A DNA stretch of 64,000 nucleotides from Verrucomicrobiales bacterium. GTDB taxonomy: Bacteria; Verrucomicrobiota; Verrucomicrobiia; Verrucomicrobiales; V1-33. Under the pieces are notes generated by a model, which ran no database searches, was not told the DNA's origin, and was given only the letters and a program-made list of their open reading frames with translations. The stretch spans positions 5,924 through 69,923 of the forward strand of contig DASZQB010000084.1 of NCBI GenBank assembly GCA_035550135.1, given 5' to 3'. The stretch's first letter is position 1. Every line of letters starts with the position of its first letter. Positions 45,415 through 53,890 of the stretch are shown piece after piece. The position numbers and the translations under genes are program-made.

Positions 45415-46167
45415 ATGCGCCTTATTTGTGTTCGATTATCGTCGTTCGCCTTCCTTTGCAATGCTCTTGCACAGGATCAACCGGCCGGCAATTCTGCGGT
45501 CCCGGCAACATCGGGAACCGACCTCCCCCGAATTCTAAACACGAAGGTTATACCCGATGGCGAAAGGCGAATCGTCATGCAGCAGGCCTCTCCACCGGTG
45601 ACGAAGAAGCCAGCGACAGCCGCGCCAACATTAACACCGGAGGAACGCGAGGCGCTGCGCGCGGGTCATGTACCTCTTCGCCTGACCTGGCTGCATGTTA
45701 CCGTTCATTCGAATGGCCTGTCATATATCGAATGGACGCCCACTGATGGAAGTACGGAACGTTTTGCCGCATGGAGCAATGCGAACTTCCACGCGCTTTC
45801 CGTGCTCGGTCAGTTCGATTTGGAGAACGATCGCACCCGAAATCTGGTGATTCCATTGATCAAACGGGCTCGTGTTTCGGCCGGCAGTTCGACAAACACG
45901 TCAGCGCCTTTCATTCCCCCGGACGGTCCAGGATTTGTGCTGGTGAAAGGAGATGCCGCCAATACGAGGGCCGTTAATCCCGTCGCCGCTTTCCACCAGA
46001 TTTACAAAACAGATGCGGTGAATCTGGCTCTCAAATTAGAGGAAAGGGAGCGCCGGCGGGCTGTGGAGGCGGCTGCAGAGTCGCCGGCGACGACACCCGG
46101 CGATATTGTGATTCAGTTCTGGCCAAAAAAAAGCCGTCGGCAATCGACGGTACCCTCAACCCCTTAG
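45415..46167 (+). CDS. secreted hypothetical protein
   Basis: It has a signal peptide (MRLICVRLSSFAFLCNALA). I recognise no domain. It lies on the same strand, between the anti-sigma gene and the RHS cluster. Confidence 0.5.
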   Translation: MRLICVRLSSFAFLCNALAQDQPAGNSAVPATSGTDLPRILNTKVIPDGERRIVMQQASPPVTKKPATAAPTLTPEEREALRAGHVPLRLTWLHVTVHSNGLSYIEWTPTDGSTERFAAWSNANFHALSVLGQFDLENDRTRNLVIPLIKRARVSAGSSTNTSAPFIPPDGPGFVLVKGDAANTRAVNPVAAFHQIYKTDAVNLALKLEERERRRAVEAAAESPATTPGDIVIQFWPKKSRRQSTVPSTP

Positions 46168-46171
46168 ACTA

Positions 46172-46846
46172 ATGAATACGCTTCCGTCCGCCATACTCGC
46201 CTATAGCCTTTTCTTCGGCGCTTTCGTCCGCGGCCAAATGCCGCCTCAGCCCGATGACCCCTATTTGGAGGCTCAATCTTCAAGCATTATCGATTTGAAC
46301 TGGCACAGTGTCGATCGCCGTACGTACTTTATCCAGCTTTCAACCAATCTTTCCATCTGGAATTATTTTCCGGTCACTGAATTGGGGGACGGTCTGCCTA
46401 CTGCCTGGTCAATTGCCACCGTGGGCAGCAACGGACACTTTCTCTATCGTTTGCGATATACGGACGTGGCAACTACGGAACCGGACCTTTCTGATTTCGA
46501 TCTCGATGGGATTGGCAATCTCGCCGAATTGAGGCTCCCGGGCGAAGATCCATTTCAACCCCATCCAGGAAGCATCGATTCTGATTCAGATGGCATACCG
46601 GACGTTTTAGAGATGAATTACTTCGGGAGCCTCACCAAATCGTACACGGATGATGAAGATCACGACGGGATTATCGATGCTTTGGAATTGCAAGCAGGCC
46701 AGAGTCCAATCGACGACCAAGCCGATGACGCCGGCACCCGCACGAATTTCTCCTACGATGTCATGGGCCGCTTTGAGGCTTCTGAAGGAGACGAATCGTT
46801 CAATCCGCAGTTTGATGCGGAGGGCAATCTACTGAGCCGCGAATAA
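46172..46846 (+). CDS. secreted protein: YxLQ..W..LYRLR module + DxDxDG calcium-binding repeats + one terminal YD repeat
   Basis: It has a signal peptide. TSP3/dockerin-like motifs are present (DFDLDGIGN, DSDSDGIPD, DDEDHDGIID). The C-terminus FSYDVMGRFEAS..FDAEGNLLS fits one RHS/YD repeat. The gene ends 1 nt before the RHS1 start. Confidence 0.55.
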   Translation: MNTLPSAILAYSLFFGAFVRGQMPPQPDDPYLEAQSSSIIDLNWHSVDRRTYFIQLSTNLSIWNYFPVTELGDGLPTAWSIATVGSNGHFLYRLRYTDVATTEPDLSDFDLDGIGNLAELRLPGEDPFQPHPGSIDSDSDGIPDVLEMNYFGSLTKSYTDDEDHDGIIDALELQAGQSPIDDQADDAGTRTNFSYDVMGRFEASEGDESFNPQFDAEGNLLSRE

Positions 46847-46847
46847 C

Positions 46848-49800
46848 ATGAACCGGTATATTTCTTGCTTTTTCGCGTTCTTTGCGGTCCTTTTTCGTTC
46901 TCAGGCGCAGCAGGATCCTTTAACTGGTTGGAACTATTGGCCGACGCCAACTGGTGTAACGCTGCAATCCGGCGTTACCATTGCCGTTCCTGCGTTGCCA
47001 TCCGGCAGTGGGGGCACCTCCATCACTCCGGCCGTTGGCGGTCCTTCCGATCAGGATATTATAGCACTCTCTAGCGGACTGGGAAACGATCCATTGCGAA
47101 TATTCAATTTTGTGCGGAACCGCATTGATTATGTCCAGTATTACGGGTGTCGAAAGGGCCCCCTCATGACGCTGCTTGAGGGAAGTGGCAACGATTTGGA
47201 TCAATGCTCCCTGCTTGCCGCACTGCTGCAGGCCTCCGGTAGTGTTAGCGAAATCAAGTTCTGCAGTGGCTTTATGGACGTGCCGTGCACTGGGAACAGT
47301 GGAAAAAATCTGACGGAATGGTTGGGGCTGTCGGACGATCCATTTCCTGGTCTCACATATGCTGCGGCGTATCCTGGAAGCCCATCGTTGCCCGGGATAA
47401 GCGACGACAAATTGAAACGCCTGCAGCACGCCGCCGCGTTCTTTCGGCTTCGTGGAACTCCTTCAGGCGCCGCCGATGGCAATTTTTTTTGTACGACATC
47501 GGATGGCAGCGCCTTGTGCGTGGAGCGGTGGTGGCTTCGGATTGTGCGGAACGGACAGACGTTTCATCTTGATCCTTCGTTTAAACGCTATGAGCCGATC
47601 GCCGGCTTAAACCTCCCTAGCGCTCTTGGTTACGATCGGACCGGTTTTCTGAATGCAGCCGGCGGAACGACTGGACCGGCATGGGTGCAGTCTCTCAGTG
47701 AAAGCGCGATCGGAACGTACCTCACTGCCCGCACAAACGCCCTGCGGTCATGGATTACGGCAAACTCGGCCGCTGCAAGACTTGCAGATCTGGTGAGCGG
47801 GCGAAAAGTCAAGGTGGAGGAAGCCGCCAGCCTGAGTACAGCGTTTCCCTTGGCTCTGCCATTGCAGTACGCCCCTTATAACTCGATTCCGGGCTCGATG
47901 AACTCCACGCTGCGCATTCAGGCGGGAACGTTGGACCGGACGATAAACTTTGCGGATCTCGGCGGGCGCCGGCTGGCGCTTTCTTTTGCCGGCACTGCAG
48001 CAACCTTTCACGTGGACGACGACGTCCTGGAGACTACGACGGCAGGACAATCCGATTTTCCCGTCACCCTGACGGTGAAGCACCCCAATATCACTGCAGC
48101 AGCAACGCCGCCTCCAGTAACGTATAAGCGGAACGATAACTACGCCTATGCGATCGGCTATTCGTTTTCGCCGAGCGGACGATTGTTCCAGCGCCGTTAT
48201 GACAAACTCGAGAATTATCTTGCCCTTGGGAAGTCGGACTCATCGCGGGAAGTCCGCTGTGAGATGCTCAACATCATGGCGCAATCGTTCATGTTTCAAC
48301 GTGAACTAGTCAGCCGCGCCTGTGCTGCGTACGCCGGTGTCATCCCTTGCACACAGCAATGCATCGGGCGGGTTGGCCAGGAAGGAGGGTATTATATGGA
48401 TTGGTACCTTCTCGACACTCGGCCTTATGCATCAAGCGGATCCCAGGTTCCCGCTTCCAGAGCTTTCATGGCGGAAATGATGTTCGGGAGCGCACTGGAG
48501 CACGGCGTTGTCGAGCAGTTCCAGCCTGGTAAAAGCGGGGTGTCGACGGTCGGCATTCTCCAGCGCACCAATGCTGCTGGAGACAAATTGTACTATGCCG
48601 ACTCCCTCAGCGTATGGAATTCTTTAGTTAAGAATAATCTGTCCGACTATACGACTGCTCGGCTAACGGGCTTGGAAAGTGATTTCAATACCCCTGGCAC
48701 CAGGCTGTTTCTTCCGGCCGACGGCAGTAAAACCTACAGCCATTGGGTCGGGGCCGGGTATATGCGCGCTAGGCCTGACAATATTCTGATGGCCATTTCA
48801 GGGGGGTACCAGGGCGGTTATGCCACTGATCTTTGGACGCTCGTTTCGGCACCTATCATGAACTTGTTCAGCAGCAGTCCTGCCTCGATATACAGAGCGC
48901 CGGCAATGCCGTCGGCACCCGTTTTTAGCATGTCTTCCCTGTCTTCGCCGTCTCTTTTTGGAAGTGACCCGGTGGACATGGCTACTGGAGCCTTTACGCT
49001 GATCTCCGTTGATCTCGGAATCGGCACAGAGGAGGCCCCTCGGGGCCTTCGATTCGCGTGTAACTATACAAGTAATCTGTGCCGAAGAAATCTGCAGCAT
49101 ATGGGCTTTGGCTGGACCAACAGTTTGGACATTCGCGCGGAAGTCCGCACCGCGCCCGAAGAAGGTCTGGGCCTCGGAACTCCTGCCCAGTGTGCAGCTT
49201 TCCTTTCCGCGCTGGCGGCAGTTTATGATCTTTTTCGCGATGACTCCGGGGTCAAGGAAATCGCAACGGCGGCACTGACTGCGGACTGGCTGGTGGACCG
49301 CTTGTTGAACAATGCCGTATCGGTCAGCATGGGCAGCACAAAAACTCAGTTCATCAAACAGCCTGATGGAACTTTCGAACCGCCCGGCGGCTCGACCTTG
49401 GAACTCACAATTCGAGATGGAAAATATATTTTGAAACAGCGCCTCGGTAATAAAATTCACTTTAATAGTGCACTGAGCGCTGAGAAGATTGAAGATGTTG
49501 ACGGCAAAACGCTTACATTTAGCTATTCGTATGTTGATCATGGGCCAATAAATTATGTAAAGGACGAATATGGAAGGAAACTTTACTTTTATTACAATTT
49601 GGTCGGAGACCCTCCCTTTCGCATTCTGAAAGAAGTCAGGAGCTTCCCAAGCCCGGGCGAAGCGGGGGAGAGGTCCATCTTTTTCGAGCATGACACCAAC
49701 TTTAATCTCATCAAAGTAACCGATACCGAGGGCAAGAGTGAGTATTACGACTACGTGGATCCTGCCGTGCCGCTCGTGCCGACAGATCCGCATACAACCG

Positions 49801-52800
49801 ACCCGGCACTGCACCGCATCGTGCGCCACCGCGATCACGATGGCAGAGTCATTACGTATAACATCTATGACAACCTGGGAAGGATACAACGGCAGTACCT
49901 CCACGGCGACGCCACGAAGGCATACCAACTCAGCTACACCGGTTACGAAAGCACCGAGACGGACCCGGCCGGTGGCGTGACGAGCTATTATTACGATGAG
50001 CGGGGCCGGTCCAACGGCGTTCGCGACCAGCGGGGATTTTTGACCTCGTGGTCTTATGATGGCCAGGACCGAATCGTATCCCGCACCACACCGAGCGGCG
50101 AGACGACGCTGTTTCAATACGACAACCGCCACAATCAAACACGGATTGATCACCCGCGCGGGGGCGGCTCAACGCTGGTCCAATATGATGCCTTCAATCG
50201 TGTGGACCTCGTTACGGATCCCGATGGCCACACCACAGATTATGTTTACTTTCCTGATAATGATCCGGACAACGGCCAGCAGGATCGCCCCAAAACGGTT
50301 ATTGATGCCTGCGGGACCACGACCTACGAATATTTCCCCTCGGGTGCGGCAGAAGGACGCGTTTCAAAAGTTACTGATGCAGATGGCATCGTAACCACGT
50401 TTACGTATGATGCGAGGGGAACCATTTACACGGTCACGACTGGAGGATTTACCACGACCTACGATTATTCGAAGCGCGGTGACCTCAAGGACATCACGGA
50501 CCCAAACGGGATCGTGACGGAGCACCTCTACAATGCCCGGCGCCAAGTCACAAAAATCACGAAAGGCCAGGGCGGTACTGCTCAGGCGGTGACGGATTTC
50601 GAGTATGATAACGCCGGCAACCTCAAATCCGAAATAAATCCCGAGGATAACGGGGCCCAGCGGTTCAAAACCCGGCGGGAATGGTCGTCCACCAAAAAGC
50701 TCACCAAGGCGCTGACCACTGATGAGGACGGTGAAGGCGCTAACGACCCGGCGTCGATCATAAACTATGACCCTCGGGACTGGCAATCAAATACGCTTGA
50801 TCCGTTGGGACGAACCACGAATTTTGTCTCCTGGCCAAATGGACGGGTGCAAACGACCACCCTTCCGTTGAGTCGGGCGAATTCGCAAAATCCTGATGGT
50901 GATGACCGTCCGGTTTCCAGAAGCGCTCCGGGAGCAGGTCCCGGACTTACACGCACGACGACATTCAGCTATGACGTCACCGCTCCGACGGGAGGCTATC
51001 CGAAGACGACCACCATGACTCCCGACGGGCTCAGCGTGACAGAGCAGTACAGTCATTCAGGCCAGCTTCGGTTCTACACCAACCGTCTGGGTCGTACGTG
51101 GGAGTTTCGTTACGATGCTCTGGGTCGAACCACCCACGTTATCACACCACGTGATGCCGCCGCATCGCGGGCCCGGGTCATGGAGTACACACCGGGAGGT
51201 GCACCCAAAAAAGTCACCGAGCCTTCGGGTGAGACCGTTGACTTCTCCTATCATCCCACAAACGGCAGGCTTAGTGCGACGACGTATAAGGCAGGCGGTA
51301 TTACACAAGCCACCGTGACTAATGCACTTTACGACAATAACGGCAATTTGCTCACTCTCACTGAGAGCCGCGTCGGAGTCGCGGGAACGAAAACGACATC
51401 GCGCACGTTCGATCCCTTGAATCGCGCGCTGACGCGCACGGACGAGAACGGCCAGCAAGTCGGCTATCGATATTACCCGAGCGGTAAGCTGAAGACCCTC
51501 ATCTACCCTGGAGGAACGGATACAGGAACGGGACGGGTGGACTACACCTATTACAAAAGTGGCCAGCTTTACCAGGTGAAGGACTATCTGGACAGCAGTT
51601 CCTCGCCCCGGATTACGACTTATACGTGGAACAAAGACGGACGCCTCGCCAGCATTACCCGCCCCAACGGCAGTGTGCGCGAGATCAAATACGATGGCGC
51701 GGGCCGGCCGGAGATCATTCAGGAACTCACCGCGCCGCTGCCGCAGGGAAAACTGATCTTCGTTCACAAGCATGGCTATTACCCCAGCGACGAACTGGCG
51801 TGGCGGTATGAAATGCCCGCCAGACGCACCAGCGGACTCGATCCGCCCGCCATGGGCGCAATGACCTGCAACGAGGACAACCAACTCGCCACATTCCAAA
51901 TTCCGGGCCAGGGAGTGCTGACGGTCACGCACGATGCCGATGGCAATATGACCAGCGGCCCTCATCCTTCCGCTACAGGATTTGCCACTTACACCTACGA
52001 CAGCCGCAACCGCCTTACCGGTGCGCTCGGTTTCACTTTCACTTACGATGCCGAAGACAACCGCATCGGACTTTCCGGCGCCGGCGAGACGACTTCCTTC
52101 GTCGTGGATGCCGGAGCCGAACTTTCCAAGGTTCTCGTCAGGACGAAAAATGGTGTGCGCACGCGCTATGTATGGGGCCTCGGCCTTCAATATGAGGTCA
52201 ATGACGCCGCGCAGACCACTACCTATCATTACGACGCCGGCGGCAGCACCATCGCGCTCACGAATCACAGCGGCGTCGTCATCGAGCGCCTCGGATACAC
52301 CCCTTGGGGCAGCATTAACCGCCGTACCACGCTCAGCGGCACACCGGTTGATACGCCGTTTCTTTACACCGGATTCTTCGGATGCCAAACGGACTCCACC
52401 GGCCTGCACTACCTCCGCGCCCGCTACTACCACCCCCGCATCGCCCGGTTCTTAAACGCCGACCCCGCTCGCGATGGATGGAACTGGTACGCCTTCGCCA
52501 ATGGCAACCCCATCAATATGGGCGACCCCAGCGGACTCGGTGCCGCCGCCTTTGCGGATGCCGTGCAGAGTGTTTTTTCCTTCCTGGGAATGGTCCCGGT
52601 GGTCGGGGCCTTCTTCGACGTGGCCAACGCCGCCATCAGCGCCGCCCGGGGGAATTATGTCCTCGCGGGTGCCAGTCTCGCGGCGGCAATCCCCGGCATT
52701 GGCGACATTATGGGCGGCGCGCGGCTGGGCATGGGGGCCGCTCGAAGTCTAGGAGGATCCAGCCTCGCCGCATCGCCGTCTTACTTCCCGGCATTCATCG

Positions 52801-53219
52801 GGGGTACTCCGGTGTGGAGTATGCCCGGTATCGCAAATGGCGTGGGGCGTAGCAATGCTCAGCTTGTTCAGCAAGTCGCGATTAGAACTGAGGCATGGGG
52901 AGCACGGCAAGGAATTCCCGCAGCGGGCAGTGGACCAGTTCAGGGGACGTTAAAGCACGGATACGCCCAGCGTTTGCTTGATCGTTACCAATCGATGTAC
53001 GGCAGTCGAGGCCTCCAGACCGAAGTGTCATACCTAAACGGAAAAGCAGTTCCTTACGGTACGCGGGGCAGTGTGCGACTTGACGTCTACGAACCATCAA
53101 CAGGGCGCGTTTGGGACTACAAGTTCACCACCAATCCGTCACTCTCCGGATCAAGGGTGCAGCGGATTATTAATAATGGCCCAGCGGGGATTAATACAGT
53201 GGATGCAATTGGCCCATAA
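46848..53219 (+). CDS. RHS/YD-repeat polymorphic toxin (2123 aa): Sec signal, transglutaminase-like N-domain, RHS shell, PT-TG-like segment, PD-(D/E)xK-like C-terminal toxin
   Basis: The signal peptide is MNRYISCFFAFFAVLFRSQAQ. A transglutaminase-core-like segment is present (GNDLDQCSLLAALLQASG, Cys codon 47205-47207). Dozens of YDxxGR/N repeats follow. The core ends ...RYYHPRIARFLNADP...GNPINMGDPSGLG (about 52440-52540), leaving a 226-aa variable tip. Confidence 0.9.
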   Translation: MNRYISCFFAFFAVLFRSQAQQDPLTGWNYWPTPTGVTLQSGVTIAVPALPSGSGGTSITPAVGGPSDQDIIALSSGLGNDPLRIFNFVRNRIDYVQYYGCRKGPLMTLLEGSGNDLDQCSLLAALLQASGSVSEIKFCSGFMDVPCTGNSGKNLTEWLGLSDDPFPGLTYAAAYPGSPSLPGISDDKLKRLQHAAAFFRLRGTPSGAADGNFFCTTSDGSALCVERWWLRIVRNGQTFHLDPSFKRYEPIAGLNLPSALGYDRTGFLNAAGGTTGPAWVQSLSESAIGTYLTARTNALRSWITANSAAARLADLVSGRKVKVEEAASLSTAFPLALPLQYAPYNSIPGSMNSTLRIQAGTLDRTINFADLGGRRLALSFAGTAATFHVDDDVLETTTAGQSDFPVTLTVKHPNITAAATPPPVTYKRNDNYAYAIGYSFSPSGRLFQRRYDKLENYLALGKSDSSREVRCEMLNIMAQSFMFQRELVSRACAAYAGVIPCTQQCIGRVGQEGGYYMDWYLLDTRPYASSGSQVPASRAFMAEMMFGSALEHGVVEQFQPGKSGVSTVGILQRTNAAGDKLYYADSLSVWNSLVKNNLSDYTTARLTGLESDFNTPGTRLFLPADGSKTYSHWVGAGYMRARPDNILMAISGGYQGGYATDLWTLVSAPIMNLFSSSPASIYRAPAMPSAPVFSMSSLSSPSLFGSDPVDMATGAFTLISVDLGIGTEEAPRGLRFACNYTSNLCRRNLQHMGFGWTNSLDIRAEVRTAPEEGLGLGTPAQCAAFLSALAAVYDLFRDDSGVKEIATAALTADWLVDRLLNNAVSVSMGSTKTQFIKQPDGTFEPPGGSTLELTIRDGKYILKQRLGNKIHFNSALSAEKIEDVDGKTLTFSYSYVDHGPINYVKDEYGRKLYFYYNLVGDPPFRILKEVRSFPSPGEAGERSIFFEHDTNFNLIKVTDTEGKSEYYDYVDPAVPLVPTDPHTTDPALHRIVRHRDHDGRVITYNIYDNLGRIQRQYLHGDATKAYQLSYTGYESTETDPAGGVTSYYYDERGRSNGVRDQRGFLTSWSYDGQDRIVSRTTPSGETTLFQYDNRHNQTRIDHPRGGGSTLVQYDAFNRVDLVTDPDGHTTDYVYFPDNDPDNGQQDRPKTVIDACGTTTYEYFPSGAAEGRVSKVTDADGIVTTFTYDARGTIYTVTTGGFTTTYDYSKRGDLKDITDPNGIVTEHLYNARRQVTKITKGQGGTAQAVTDFEYDNAGNLKSEINPEDNGAQRFKTRREWSSTKKLTKALTTDEDGEGANDPASIINYDPRDWQSNTLDPLGRTTNFVSWPNGRVQTTTLPLSRANSQNPDGDDRPVSRSAPGAGPGLTRTTTFSYDVTAPTGGYPKTTTMTPDGLSVTEQYSHSGQLRFYTNRLGRTWEFRYDALGRTTHVITPRDAAASRARVMEYTPGGAPKKVTEPSGETVDFSYHPTNGRLSATTYKAGGITQATVTNALYDNNGNLLTLTESRVGVAGTKTTSRTFDPLNRALTRTDENGQQVGYRYYPSGKLKTLIYPGGTDTGTGRVDYTYYKSGQLYQVKDYLDSSSSPRITTYTWNKDGRLASITRPNGSVREIKYDGAGRPEIIQELTAPLPQGKLIFVHKHGYYPSDELAWRYEMPARRTSGLDPPAMGAMTCNEDNQLATFQIPGQGVLTVTHDADGNMTSGPHPSATGFATYTYDSRNRLTGALGFTFTYDAEDNRIGLSGAGETTSFVVDAGAELSKVLVRTKNGVRTRYVWGLGLQYEVNDAAQTTTYHYDAGGSTIALTNHSGVVIERLGYTPWGSINRRTTLSGTPVDTPFLYTGFFGCQTDSTGLHYLRARYYHPRIARFLNADPARDGWNWYAFANGNPINMGDPSGLGAAAFADAVQSVFSFLGMVPVVGAFFDVANAAISAARGNYVLAGASLAAAIPGIGDIMGGARLGMGAARSLGGSSLAASPSYFPAFIGGTPVWSMPGIANGVGRSNAQLVQQVAIRTEAWGARQGIPAAGSGPVQGTLKHGYAQRLLDRYQSMYGSRGLQTEVSYLNGKAVPYGTRGSVRLDVYEPSTGRVWDYKFTTNPSLSGSRVQRIINNGPAGINTVDAIGP

Positions 53220-53890
53220 TGAAGCTTACTCTGGCCGCAAAGAAATCGATCACGAAAGACTGGAAGTCCCTTGTGCCTCAGTTCACAGACTTTCAGCCTA
53301 TGAGGCTGGCCCGGCGAATCGGTCCGTTGGTTCAAGGCATCTGCCTTGATAGGGATTCGACGAACGCTGCTTATCTCCCAACGCTCCACGTTCACTGCCT
53401 TTGTCGCCCTTTTCCCGTGGTCAGCCTGAGCCTCGGGCAACCCTTGCTTTCGACACGCTCAGGGACGGTGGAAAGACTTTCGGTGCAATTCCATGAAAAT
53501 AAGTACAAAGAGGCTTGTAAGCGGCTTCTCGCCACGAGTCTTATGCCCATAGAAGGGGACTGGCATCTTGCGCAAGTGCTTGCCGCGTATGAAAACTACC
53601 GACGCCTTGATCGTCCGGACTCACGCTACCCCGTCTCACTCATAGAAGATGTGATAAGCGTCTGTGCCTGGCTTGGTGAACCCGCCCCTGCGTCTGAGTT
53701 GGTTAAGCGCTGCATCGCGGAAGCCAGGGGCTGGCCTGAACCTGTTTTGGCGAGGAGCGGAGGGCTTGCGGGCTGGCACGGGACGCTGGAAACATTAGTT
53801 CATTCCGGCGATGAGTTAAGACAAACGGTTTCCGACCAGATCGAAGCTCTGAAACTTCGACAACTTCCTGTTGCGCAACTCCTCCCATAG
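53219..53890 (+). CDS. putative cognate immunity protein of RHS1 toxin
   Basis: Its ATG shares one nucleotide with the RHS1 TAA stop (ATAATGA at 53215-53221). It is 223 aa with no signal peptide and no family I recognise. The position is typical for immunity genes. Confidence 0.55.
   Translation: MKLTLAAKKSITKDWKSLVPQFTDFQPMRLARRIGPLVQGICLDRDSTNAAYLPTLHVHCLCRPFPVVSLSLGQPLLSTRSGTVERLSVQFHENKYKEACKRLLATSLMPIEGDWHLAQVLAAYENYRRLDRPDSRYPVSLIEDVISVCAWLGEPAPASELVKRCIAEARGWPEPVLARSGGLAGWHGTLETLVHSGDELRQTVSDQIEALKLRQLPVAQLLP

Noticed and set aside
48798-52433. Long minus-strand ORFs (48798-50153, 51057-52433) inside RHS1. There are similar ones inside RHS2/RHS3 (58803-59774, 59778-60668, 62958-63848).
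   Set aside because: They are antisense to YD-repeat coding sequence. Their Gly/Ala/Arg-rich translations have no recognisable domains.
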